Counted from the first letter of the stretch, positions 18,518 through 26,888 are shown. The stretch is DNA of 43,241 nucleotides from Minisyncoccota bacterium (GCA_041660505.1 JBAZWG010000001.1:675768-719008); one strand, 5' to 3'. Numbers and translations are program-made. Notes: generated by a model from the letters alone, not told the origin.

Positions 18518-19921
18518 ATGTCAAACCCGCACAGCCATTTCGCTGCCAAAAAGACTCAATATATAGAGAAGCTTAAGGAGCTGGCGCAGATTCCGAGTAT
18601 CTCGAGCTCTGATGATAATAGAGAGGACGTGGCCGCTTGCGCCGCCAAAGTGGCTGGCTATATGCAAGAGGTCGGCCTTTCGAATGTTGAACTTATTAAT
18701 ATAGAAGGGGCTTTGCCGTATGTGTACGGCGAGTGGATTGGCGGCAAGGACTCACCTCTCTCTGGAGGAGAGACCTTGCCGACTGTTTTACTTTATTCGC
18801 ACTATGACGTCCAGCCTGTTGGCGATGAACAGCTCTGGGAGTCGGCACCGTTCATGCCAGAAGAAAGAAAGGGGAGACTGTATGGGCGTGGCACGTCGGA
18901 CGACAAAGCGGGCATCATTGCACACTTGGCCGCGATAGACTCATATTTAAAAACAACAGGCAAATTGCCGGTCAATATTAAATGCATCTTCGAAGGCGAA
19001 GAGGAGATCGGGTCTGTAAATCTCGAAAAACTCCTGGCGAAATATTCTAAGAAATTGCAGGCCGACTATATCGTGATTGCCGACACCGAGAACTTCGGCG
19101 ACGGCATCCCGGGCATCACCACCCAGCTCCGCGGTCTCGTTGATTGCGAAATCGAACTCCATGCTCTTTCCCAGCCTCTCCACTCCGGTCAATTCGGCGG
19201 GCCGATACCAGACCCTGTTCAAGAACTCGTCAAGCTGATTTCTAAACTTACCGACAAAGACGGCAAAATTGCAGTGCCCGGTATCTACGCCGACATTAAG
19301 AAACTTTCTGCATCAGAACGTGCGGCGTTAAAGAAATTGCCTTTTAACGAGAAGCAGTATCGTGCTCATGCGCATATGTTGTCCGGCACCAAGTTTGCCG
19401 GCGAGAAGGGCTACACAGTATACGAACAGATCTGGCACAGGCCGGCCTTAAGTGTGAATGCTATCCAAGCTTCCTCGCGCGCGCAGGTGTCTAATATTAT
19501 TACAGCATCGGCCTGGGCACATCTTGGTATTCGCCTTGTGCCGAATATGAATCCGAAGAAGACCCTGAACCAACTTATTAAATTCTTGAAGGCGAACGCG
19601 CCGAAGAATATGAAGCTCGAAATTATGCCGGGCCACAGTGTGTCATGGTGGAGTGCTAATACGAAAAGCCCGGCCCTCCAAGCGGCAGCCCGCGCAATGA
19701 AGAAAGGTTTCGGCAAAGATGCAGTCATGATGGGTTCCGGCGGGTCAATAGGATTCGTCGAACCGTTCTCTAGGGCGTTGAATAATGCACCTGCCCTCCT
19801 TATGGGGATAGAAGATCCAGAATGCAATGCCCATTCATATAATGAATCTTTACACATCGCCAACTGGTACAAAACAGTCGATTCTATGATATATTTATAT
19901 GAAGAATTAGCTAAAAATTAA
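18518..19921 (+). CDS. M20-family metallopeptidase (dipeptidase/ArgE-DapE-like)
   Basis: From the ATG at 18518. Contains HYDVQP, GRGTSDDKAG and EGEEEIGS motifs. Confidence 0.85.
   Translation: MSNPHSHFAAKKTQYIEKLKELAQIPSISSSDDNREDVAACAAKVAGYMQEVGLSNVELINIEGALPYVYGEWIGGKDSPLSGGETLPTVLLYSHYDVQPVGDEQLWESAPFMPEERKGRLYGRGTSDDKAGIIAHLAAIDSYLKTTGKLPVNIKCIFEGEEEIGSVNLEKLLAKYSKKLQADYIVIADTENFGDGIPGITTQLRGLVDCEIELHALSQPLHSGQFGGPIPDPVQELVKLISKLTDKDGKIAVPGIYADIKKLSASERAALKKLPFNEKQYRAHAHMLSGTKFAGEKGYTVYEQIWHRPALSVNAIQASSRAQVSNIITASAWAHLGIRLVPNMNPKKTLNQLIKFLKANAPKNMKLEIMPGHSVSWWSANTKSPALQAAARAMKKGFGKDAVMMGSGGSIGFVEPFSRALNNAPALLMGIEDPECNAHSYNESLHIANWYKTVDSMIYLYEELAKN
18744..18780. repeat. family-C palindrome inside the M20 peptidase ORF
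   Basis: GGCAAGG-ACTCACCTCTCTCTGGAGGAGAGA-CCTTGCC. Translated as KDSPLSGGETL. Confidence 0.85.
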
Positions 19922-19929
19922 TTTATAAC

Positions 19930-20769
19930 ATGCTCAAATTTTTTAAGAATATCAAGAACAGTGTCTATAACCCGGAGTTCTATAAAGAGCTCGAAGGGCG
20001 ATCGATTTGGTTGTCGTTGCGTTACTACTTCGGGCTTATCGTTCTGGTCGCCTTACTGCTCGGGCTGGGTTACACCGCAATTTTAGGCCCGATGATCGTC
20101 GGATTCTTGGGCAAGGCGGATCCGGTAATCAGGAATGTCTATCCGAAGGAGCTCGTGGTAACCATCAAGTCGGGGAGCGCGGCGTCGAACGTTGCCGAAC
20201 CCTACTTTATTAAAATGCCGAAGGAGATGCAGGAATTCTTCGGCGCCACTACGACGCAAAATTTGGTCGTCGTCGATACTCATGAGAAGGCCGACCCGGA
20301 CAAATTCCGTTCGTTCGATACTTGGGCTCTCATTGCCAAGGATGGGCTGATGGTGATAAAGAATAACGATAAAGCCGGCGCTCTTGAATTCCAAGCATAT
20401 TCGAGCGATTTGGTCTTGACGCAAGAAACCTACCTTTCGTTCATTGATAAAATGATGAGTTATGGCGACAAACTTCCTATCGTCATCTTTGTCATCTTGC
20501 TTGCTGTAATATTGCTCTGGGGAGTCGCTCGTCTCGGTTACTTCTTGATTGCAGCCGTGCTCGTCTACCTCCTCCTTAAGGCGCGCAAATTGCCGGCAAA
20601 TTATGCGCATGCCTACCGCTTAACAGTCCATGCGGCAACATTGCCGATACTCATAAACCTAGTACTCGCAGCAGTCACTGGTGATCCGCGCACATTGGCA
20701 ACAGTGCCATTCGTCTTTACTATAATACTATTGGGTGTTGTGTGGGTAAACTTGCGAGAAGCGAAGTAA
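19930..20769 (+). CDS. polytopic membrane protein (DUF1189-like)
   Basis: 279 aa. The MLKFFKNIKNSVYNPEFYKEL N-terminus and TM layout resemble DUF1189. This is a weak call made from memory. Confidence 0.45.
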   Translation: MLKFFKNIKNSVYNPEFYKELEGRSIWLSLRYYFGLIVLVALLLGLGYTAILGPMIVGFLGKADPVIRNVYPKELVVTIKSGSAASNVAEPYFIKMPKEMQEFFGATTTQNLVVVDTHEKADPDKFRSFDTWALIAKDGLMVIKNNDKAGALEFQAYSSDLVLTQETYLSFIDKMMSYGDKLPIVIFVILLAVILLWGVARLGYFLIAAVLVYLLLKARKLPANYAHAYRLTVHAATLPILINLVLAAVTGDPRTLATVPFVFTIILLGVVWVNLREAK

Positions 20770-20774
20770 AAAAA

Positions 20775-20861
20775 CGGAGGGTGAGAGATTCGAACTCTCG
20801 GGGCGGTTTCCCACCCACAGTCTTTCCAGGACTGCGCACTAGACCACTATGCGAACCCTCC
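20775..20861 (-). tRNA. tRNA-Ser (anticodon GGA)
   Basis: 87 nt on the minus strand. Acceptor GGAGGGT/ACCCTCC, anticodon stem CAGTC/GACTG with loop CTGGAAA, a long variable arm, and T arm GAGAG-TTCGAAT-CTCTC. Confidence 0.9.
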
Positions 20862-20911
20862 TAATGAAGCGTCAGCATAGCAAAAAAAACTGCTAAAATC
20901 TACTTTCTCTT

Positions 20912-22249
20912 TTACTTATCAAGTTGTTCGAAATACTGGCGGGTCAGATTGCGGTGGCCTTCTTTGGTCACCAACACGTTGTCTTCTATTCTGATTCCGC
21001 CGGATGGGGTAAGTGCTTCTACCAATTCCCAATTTACAAATTTGCTTGCCGAGCTTTCTTTTAGTTTTTTAAGTAGCATCGGGATAAAGTAAATGCCCGG
21101 TTCTATTGTAATCACATTTCCCGGTTCCAATTTGCGCATGGTGCGGAGCTTAGGGAAGAGTTCGGCAAGCTTGTCATCTTTATTTTCTGCATTGCTCGAG
21201 CCGACGTCGTGTACTTGGATGCCAAGGAAGTGGCCGATACCGTGGGGGAAGAATGTAGAAGTCAGGCCAGCACTTATCGCCTCATCGCCCTCTTTATATA
21301 TAATGTCATGCGATTTGAGAATATGCGCGATGCTGAAATGCGCATGATAATGCAACTCGAGCGTGTGTACGCCGGGTCTAACTTTCTCACACAGTTCTTT
21401 TTGTAACGTATCTAATGCCGAGATTATGCTTACGAATCTACCGTCGGCTTTGGGTGATGCCCATGTACGCGTTACGTCAGACGCAAAGCCGAGGTGTGAT
21501 ACGCCAGCATCGAGCAGACAGATCGCACCACTTCTTTCTTCGCGCTTGTTCTGATAATGCAGAATGGCGGACTTGCTATCAAGTGCGGTAATAATGGGGT
21601 AGGGTAGATCAGCCTCTGCCTGTTTCGTGCCAATGAGATAGGCATGATGAATGTCGAGTTCAGAACCACCCGCAAAGAACGCATCGTAAGCCCGTGCATG
21701 GCCAAGCGCGGCGATTTTGTTTGCCTTCTCGATACAAGCCACTTCATATTCGGATTTTACCGTGCGGAGTTCGTCAAGTTTCTCCAGTAATTCTTTCGGA
21801 TTCCTGTTTTGTGGCAATATCCCGTGGCCCGTTGCTGTCCCCGAGGCAGTCTCGTCGCCAATAAACGCGCTATTTCTGCCGGTGACTTTCCCCGCTAAAA
21901 TATCCCACGCCGCTTTAGTGTTGCCAACGTGCGTGATATTGAATTCATTTGCCCAAAACGGATCGTCCCACATAGTGTGTTCATACCAATAATCCTCCGG
22001 TGCCACGATGATAAGTTCCGGCCTAGCATCCGGCGTAATAATCAAAATATGATTTGGTCCGAGTAATGGAGTCCAGTGGCGAAAGTGAGGAAGCGTATGA
22101 AAAGTAATTTCCTGATCGTCAGAATGGTAGAACGCCGGCGTACCGGAATGAATTGCAAGAGCGCCATAATTATAGTTGCGCAAAATCCCGCCGACTTTTT
22201 GCGTAAGAGGCCCGATATGAGCAGGGAATAAAGATTCAATAGAATTCAT
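20912..22249 (-). CDS. pepQ: Xaa-Pro dipeptidase (M24B)
   Basis: From the ATG at 22249 (MNSIESLFPAHIG...). Metal-ligand segments DAGV..., HGIGHFLGIQVHD, EPGIYF and IRIEDN are present. Confidence 0.85.
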   Translation of the reverse strand: MNSIESLFPAHIGPLTQKVGGILRNYNYGALAIHSGTPAFYHSDDQEITFHTLPHFRHWTPLLGPNHILIITPDARPELIIVAPEDYWYEHTMWDDPFWANEFNITHVGNTKAAWDILAGKVTGRNSAFIGDETASGTATGHGILPQNRNPKELLEKLDELRTVKSEYEVACIEKANKIAALGHARAYDAFFAGGSELDIHHAYLIGTKQAEADLPYPIITALDSKSAILHYQNKREERSGAICLLDAGVSHLGFASDVTRTWASPKADGRFVSIISALDTLQKELCEKVRPGVHTLELHYHAHFSIAHILKSHDIIYKEGDEAISAGLTSTFFPHGIGHFLGIQVHDVGSSNAENKDDKLAELFPKLRTMRKLEPGNVITIEPGIYFIPMLLKKLKESSASKFVNWELVEALTPSGGIRIEDNVLVTKEGHRNLTRQYFEQLDK

Positions 22250-22353
22250 ATTCGGGATTATAACATATCTGATTATGGTCTGATATTGCAATTAGTATGA
22301 CAGATGTGTATCATGAGCATGGATACAGAGGCCGATCTTAGGAGGTGGCTCTC

Positions 22354-22530
22354 GTGTTGAGAAATGAAGATCCGTGGATTGCAGGGTATGAGGATGGGCT
22401 CGAAGACTTTCGTCCTGTGAGTGCGGGAGTCTTGTATCTAGAGGGCTGGCGTGCGGGGAGAGCAAACAGAATACTCGGCGAAACCTCAATAAAATGGTTT
22501 CCTAATTCCCACGATCCAGCCCGGAGCTAG
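22354..22530 (+). CDS. small protein, possibly Rmf/CrpP-like
   Basis: AGGAGG at 22340..22345 lies 8 nt before an in-frame GTG at 22354. The peptide contains WIAGYEDG and YLEGWRAGR, which is reminiscent of the GYxxG / GWRxG pair of the ribosome-modulation-factor/CrpP fold. A hairpin terminator follows. Confidence 0.4.
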   Translation: MLRNEDPWIAGYEDGLEDFRPVSAGVLYLEGWRAGRANRILGETSIKWFPNSHDPARS

Positions 22531-22552
22531 GTTGTCATAGGTATTGGCGTTT

Positions 22553-22578
22553 AGGCCCTCGGAACATATCGAGGGCCT
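22553..22578 (+). terminator. hairpin terminator candidate
   Basis: AGGCCCTCG-GAACATAT-CGAGGGCCT followed by GACGTTTTATT. Confidence 0.5.
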
Positions 22579-22589
22579 GACGTTTTATT

Positions 22590-22614
22590 CACTTGGAAGC
22601 TTAGCTTCCAAGTG
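22590..22614. repeat. REP-B palindrome copy 1 (CACTTGGAAGCT-T-AGCTTCCAAGTG)
   Basis: Perfect 25-bp palindrome, 13 nt upstream of the RAYT-2 start. Confidence 0.95.
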
Positions 22615-22627
22615 CTAGAATTAGTGT

Positions 22628-23305
22628 GTGAGAAATATCGAATTTGCCGAAGACGAGTATTATCATATATTTAATCGGGGCGTAGAAAAACGTAGGATTG
22701 TTTCCGATGCGTACGATGTAATCAGGTTCATGGAGAGCCTGACACAATTTAATGTAGAGGACCCGATAGGAAGTATCTTTGAAAACCAGTTCGGAAATCA
22801 GGCTACACAATCGACACAAAAGCCACGCAAGCTTGTTGATATAGTGGCGTATTGTTTGAATCCGAATCATTTCCATTTGCTTTTGCAACAAAAGTTGGAA
22901 AATGGTATTCCGAAATTTCTGCACCGTTTTGGTACGGGGTACACGAAATACTTCAATCACAAATACAAACGAACAGGGTCATTATTTCAAGGCACTTTTA
23001 AAGCAAAATACATAGATGATAATGACTACCTACTGCACGTAAGCGCGTATGTTAACTTGAACTTTAAGGTTCATCGGTATAACAAAGAAGATGTTAGAAA
23101 TTTTGTGCGAACCAGCTTGGAACAGTATACGACAGCGCGGAAAGGCATTGCTGTACCCAAGACAATTCTTGAACAATTTGCGAACAAAAAAGAATATGAA
23201 GCTTTTGCGGAAGATTCGCTCGACCTCATGTTAGACCACAAACAAGAATCAAAAGAATTAGAAATGCTGATAAAGGAAGACTCGGATACTGACTTGGAAG
23301 CTTAG
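22628..23305 (+). CDS. IS200/IS605-type Y1 (HUH) transposase-like protein, REP-associated (RAYT-like) 2
   Basis: 225 aa with a GTG start. YHIFNRG, HUH motif NHFHLLL, and KRTGSLFQGTFKAK...YVNLN. It is a paralogue of the 9815..10495 gene, with its own flanking palindromes. Confidence 0.75.
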   Translation: MRNIEFAEDEYYHIFNRGVEKRRIVSDAYDVIRFMESLTQFNVEDPIGSIFENQFGNQATQSTQKPRKLVDIVAYCLNPNHFHLLLQQKLENGIPKFLHRFGTGYTKYFNHKYKRTGSLFQGTFKAKYIDDNDYLLHVSAYVNLNFKVHRYNKEDVRNFVRTSLEQYTTARKGIAVPKTILEQFANKKEYEAFAEDSLDLMLDHKQESKELEMLIKEDSDTDLEA

Positions 23306-23314
23306 CTTCCAAGT
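23292..23314. repeat. REP-B palindrome copy 2
   Basis: ACTTGGAAGCT-T-AGCTTCCAAGT. The RAYT-2 TAG stop (23303..23305) sits at the palindrome centre. Confidence 0.95.
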
Positions 23315-23317
23315 GAC

Positions 23318-23971
23318 TCAATGCGCGACGGTGATGGCGAAGACTTCTCTTGCGCCTGATTTTTTTAAGACCTTTCTGCACTCGGCAAGGGTTGCGCCGG
23401 TCGTGGTAACGTCATCAATCAGAATACAGCACTTGTCAAGTATCTTCTCTTTATTTTTTATTTCGAAAGCTCCGATTATATTTCGCAAACGTTTGCCCCT
23501 GTCCTTTACGGACACTTGCGATGCGGTATCGCGATTTTTATATAAGACATCATTAAGGACACTAAAGGACATAGAGTTGTCGAGCCTTATAAATGCTTCT
23601 GCTATAAGCTCGGCTTGGTTGTAACCGCGCTCGGCAAAGCGGCTCGCCGATAGAGGCACCGGGATTATAATTATCTTCTCTCCCTGCCCCAGGCCCCACG
23701 ATAGGCGCTTCTCACCAATCGTCTCCAGGGCGCGGTCATAGAGTGCCTCGGCCAGCGACTCCGCTACTATCTTCTTGCCATGATACTTCAACTTCTGAAG
23801 AGACTTCTTGATGACCGGGTCATGGAAGGCGTAGGCGCTCCAGACATCCGTGTCGTTCGGCTCTGTCGCCGGCTCGGCGCTTGATGCGCACGCGACGCAG
23901 AGCGGTGAGCCGGACTTTTTACAACCGACGCAACGCTCTTCAAATAAAATATTCAGTAAAAAATTTAGCAT
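23318..23971 (-). CDS. comFC: ComF-family phosphoribosyltransferase-like competence protein
   Basis: An N-terminal CxxC...CxxC cysteine cluster (CVGCKK..CVAC) and a PRT motif ILIDDVTTTGATL. Confidence 0.85.
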   Translation of the reverse strand: MLNFLLNILFEERCVGCKKSGSPLCVACASSAEPATEPNDTDVWSAYAFHDPVIKKSLQKLKYHGKKIVAESLAEALYDRALETIGEKRLSWGLGQGEKIIIIPVPLSASRFAERGYNQAELIAEAFIRLDNSMSFSVLNDVLYKNRDTASQVSVKDRGKRLRNIIGAFEIKNKEKILDKCCILIDDVTTTGATLAECRKVLKKSGAREVFAITVAH

Positions 23972-23976
23972 ATGAC

Positions 23977-24020
23977 TTTTCCCGCCTCTTCGGCGGAAGT
24001 CGCCAGTGAGGCGACTGTGG
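23977..24020. repeat. double-hairpin motif H copy 1
   Basis: CCGCC-TCTTC-GGCGG followed by AGTCGCC-AGTGA-GGCGACT, in the divergent comFC/pilM spacer. It is about 80% identical to 32395..32437. Confidence 0.8.
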
Positions 24021-24075
24021 ATAACAGTATAAGAGTTCTATCGTATTTTTGCTACAATGATGTAAAATAGTCCGC

Positions 24076-25206
24076 ATGGCGAATTTCTTCAGCGATCTCT
24101 TTAAGAATATCTCCGGCGGCAACAAGATAGCTCTTTTCAAACAAGAGAATTCAAGTGTTGTCGGTATCGATATCGGCGGCTCCAGTATCAAGGCTGTCCA
24201 GCTCCGCAAAGAGCATGGCAAAGCATTGCTTGAGACATACGGTGAGATTGCCCTCGGCCCTTACGCCGGGCTCGAGATTGGTCAAGCGACCAATCTCCCG
24301 ACGAGCAAAATTATCGAAGCGCTCAAAGATCTTTTTCGCGAGGCGAATATCACGACGAATCGCGCCGCGTTCGCCATCCCGCTCAAGTCGAGCATGATTA
24401 CCTTGATCGAGATACCCGTCCAGAGCGAAGGTATTCTTGACCAGGTGGTGCCTATCGAAGCGCGCAAATATATTCCCGTACCAATATCGGAAGTTGCGCT
24501 CGATTGGTGGGCAATCCCCCCGCGAGAAATTGATGAGCCGGGCGTATTATCGGAGAAGCCGAAGGAGGCAAAGAGCGTAGAGGTCTTGCTCGCAGCGATT
24601 CATAATACGACGATCTCGCAGTATCAAGAGATTATGAAGGGAGCAAGTCTGGAGTCGAAGATCTTCGAAGTCGAGACCTTCAGCGCTGTGCGGTCGGCAT
24701 TCGTGCAGAGCCCTGCTCCGCAAGTAATCCTTGACTTCGGTGCCGGATCAACCAAGGTCTACATCATCGACATGGGTATTGTGCGAGTGTCACAGCTTAT
24801 CAACAAAGGCTCGCAAGATATCACCCTCGCCATCTCCAAGTCGCTCAATCTCTCTTTCGTAAAAGCCGAGGAGCTTAAGCGCAAGGTAGGCATATTGGGG
24901 AGAGATACAGAGAACATCAGCCCGGTGGTTAATCCGATACTTGAATATATATTTTATGAAGTCAATCGGATTATTTCCGGATTTCATAAAAAGTATGGCC
25001 GAGTCGTATCCAATATGTTTCTGATTGGCAACGGAGCTTCGCTTAAAGGCCTTGTCGAGCTTGCCGCCAGCCAATTCGACAACAGTCTTGTTCCGGCCAA
25101 TCCCTTCGCCAAGGTCCAAGCGCCGGCCTTCCTTGATCCGATGCTGGCTGCAGCAGGACCATCATTCGCAGTCGCTGTCGGAGTCGCTTTAAAAGAATTG
25201 CAGTAA
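24076..25206 (+). CDS. pilM: type IV pilus assembly protein PilM (actin-like ATPase fold)
   Basis: 376 aa. Contains VVGIDIGGSSIKAV, shows the ASKHA-fold layout, and sits first in a pilMNO-like gene order. Confidence 0.85.
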   Translation: MANFFSDLFKNISGGNKIALFKQENSSVVGIDIGGSSIKAVQLRKEHGKALLETYGEIALGPYAGLEIGQATNLPTSKIIEALKDLFREANITTNRAAFAIPLKSSMITLIEIPVQSEGILDQVVPIEARKYIPVPISEVALDWWAIPPREIDEPGVLSEKPKEAKSVEVLLAAIHNTTISQYQEIMKGASLESKIFEVETFSAVRSAFVQSPAPQVILDFGAGSTKVYIIDMGIVRVSQLINKGSQDITLAISKSLNLSFVKAEELKRKVGILGRDTENISPVVNPILEYIFYEVNRIISGFHKKYGRVVSNMFLIGNGASLKGLVELAASQFDNSLVPANPFAKVQAPAFLDPMLAAAGPSFAVAVGVALKELQ

Positions 25207-25255
25207 TTTTAAATTAAAACTTAAAATTCGAAAGTCGAAACTAGAAATTTTTAAC
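25207..25255. repeat. 7 x 7-bp tandem array (TNNAAAN) filling the pilM-pilN spacer
   Basis: Units are ttttaaa ttaaaac ttaaaat tcgaaag tcgaaac tagaaat ttttaac. The array ends 3 nt before the ATG at 25259. Confidence 0.9.
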
Positions 25256-25258
25256 CCC

Positions 25259-25879
25259 ATGGATTTCCAAGCACCACAACAATCTTCTCAAGCCCCTTCA
25301 TTTTTGCCCAAGCGCAGCCCGTACGCGCCCACCCAGCCTTCGACAGCGCCAGTCGGCATCTTTATGTTCATCGGGGTTATCGTTTTCTTGGCGTCGGCTA
25401 TCGCCTTCGGCGGCGTCTTGCTCTACACCAATAACGTCCAGACCAATATCGACACCTCCAAGGCCCAGCTCGCAGATGTGCGAAAAGATTTTGGCAACGC
25501 CTTGAACGAGATAAGCCGATTCGACCTCAAGCTCCGCACCGCCCAGCATCTCCTGAATCAGCATGTGAGCTTACTTAATCTCTATGCCGACCTAGAAATA
25601 GCAACATATCAGACAGTCCGCTTCACTTCATTTAAATATGGCCTGGCTGATGACGGTAAAATAGCAGTAAAAATGGCTGGCCAAGCTCGGAGCTACACCG
25701 ACCTCAACAATTACGTTCCGGTCGCACTCCAGTCGAAGAAGTTCGCCGGTATTCCTAATGTAAAGAACGTTTTATTTTCGGACTTGAATCTCGACCAAAC
25801 AGGTAATGTTGTATTTAACTTCTCCGCTAATCTAGATCCGAAGTTCATTTCATACAGAGAAAATCGATTGCTCCAATAA
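25259..25879 (+). CDS. pilN: PilN-like pilus assembly protein
   Basis: A single TM helix followed by a coiled-coil and an alpha/beta domain. Called from its position after pilM. Confidence 0.55.
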   Translation: MDFQAPQQSSQAPSFLPKRSPYAPTQPSTAPVGIFMFIGVIVFLASAIAFGGVLLYTNNVQTNIDTSKAQLADVRKDFGNALNEISRFDLKLRTAQHLLNQHVSLLNLYADLEIATYQTVRFTSFKYGLADDGKIAVKMAGQARSYTDLNNYVPVALQSKKFAGIPNVKNVLFSDLNLDQTGNVVFNFSANLDPKFISYRENRLLQ

Positions 25880-25889
25880 TAATGACTCA

Positions 25890-25925
25890 AAGGTTCAACC
25901 TTAGGCATCCAAAAGGTTGAACCTT
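25890..25925. repeat. family-E hairpin copy E2 (13-bp stem, loop AGGCATCCAA)
   Basis: AAGGTTCAACCTT / AAGGTTGAACCTT. The loop is the reverse complement of the E1/E3 loop consensus. Confidence 0.95.
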
Positions 25926-25940
25926 CAAGACAAAAACATA

Positions 25941-26489
25941 ATGATAACCAGACTTGTAATACCAATAGCCCTAGTCATTGCCGCGATAGCGCTTTTCTTC
26001 GCGTTGACACAGCCCGCAATGGGTGTGCTTCAGACGAAGCAGGAAGAAAAGAAAACCATTGACGATGCCCTCGATAACGCAAAAAAAATTAAAAAGATCC
26101 AGGACAATCTCCTTGCGGCCAAGCAAGCCATTCCGAGTGACAAGATAGACAATCTGAATAAGCTTCTCCCCGACACTATCGACAACGTCCAGCTTATTAT
26201 CGACGTGAACAATATCGCGCTTAAGTACGGTTCGAACATGGCATTGCGCAATATCAAAGTGCGCACCGACGACGGAATGACCGGCGGCAAGATAGGCCCG
26301 AACACCAAGAAGTATGGCACAGTCTTTCTCAACTTCACCGTCACTGGCCCATATTCCGCGCTCAAGCAGTTCTTGAATGATTTGGAGGTCAGCCTCCGCC
26401 TCATCGATATTACCGGTCTTACCTTCACTGCCGGAGAAAAGGAGTCGTACGAGTATAATTTCGAGATTAAAACCTACTGGCTAAAATAA
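25941..26489 (+). CDS. pilO: PilO-like pilus assembly protein
   Basis: ATG at 25941. TM helix plus a coiled coil (LQTKQEEKKTIDDALDNAKKI) and a C-terminal alpha/beta domain. The track start at 25917 lies inside hairpin E2. Confidence 0.6.
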   Translation: MITRLVIPIALVIAAIALFFALTQPAMGVLQTKQEEKKTIDDALDNAKKIKKIQDNLLAAKQAIPSDKIDNLNKLLPDTIDNVQLIIDVNNIALKYGSNMALRNIKVRTDDGMTGGKIGPNTKKYGTVFLNFTVTGPYSALKQFLNDLEVSLRLIDITGLTFTAGEKESYEYNFEIKTYWLK

Positions 26490-26495
26490 GGGTTC

Positions 26496-26533
26496 CGAGG
26501 TTCGACCTTTTGGATGCTCAAGGTCGAACCTCG
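26496..26533. repeat. family-E hairpin copy E3 (14-bp stem, loop TTGGATGCTC)
   Basis: CGAGGTTCGACCTT / AAGGTCGAACCTCG. Confidence 0.95.
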
Positions 26534-26552
26534 AAAACAAAATTTTAAAAAC

Positions 26553-26888
26553 ATGCAAAGCAACAAGATAATCACCGGAGTCATAGTAGTATTCATCATC
26601 GCCGCTCTCGGTTTCGCGATTTATTACTTTGTCGGCGGGAGCAGTACCGGCGATGTGTCAATCCCCGGGCCTAGCGCGACAGATACACCAGAGATGATTG
26701 CGAGCCGCGACTTCTTGGTTGTTCTCGGTAAGTTCCAGAACATCAGTCTTTCTACTTCGACGCTTGATGATCGTGTTTTCAACAGCTTGATAGATGAAAG
26801 CGTGACTTTACCTCAAGAACCTCTTGGACGCTCGAATCCGTTCGCGCCTATCGGGAATGAAGTCGGCACGACGTCGATACGCAGATGA
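26553..26888 (+). CDS. small membrane-anchored pilus-cluster protein (sits in the PilP position)
   Basis: ATG at 26553. One TM helix and a C-terminal RSNPFAPIG motif. The stop overlaps the pilB start (ATGA). Confidence 0.5.
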   Translation: MQSNKIITGVIVVFIIAALGFAIYYFVGGSSTGDVSIPGPSATDTPEMIASRDFLVVLGKFQNISLSTSTLDDRVFNSLIDESVTLPQEPLGRSNPFAPIGNEVGTTSIRR

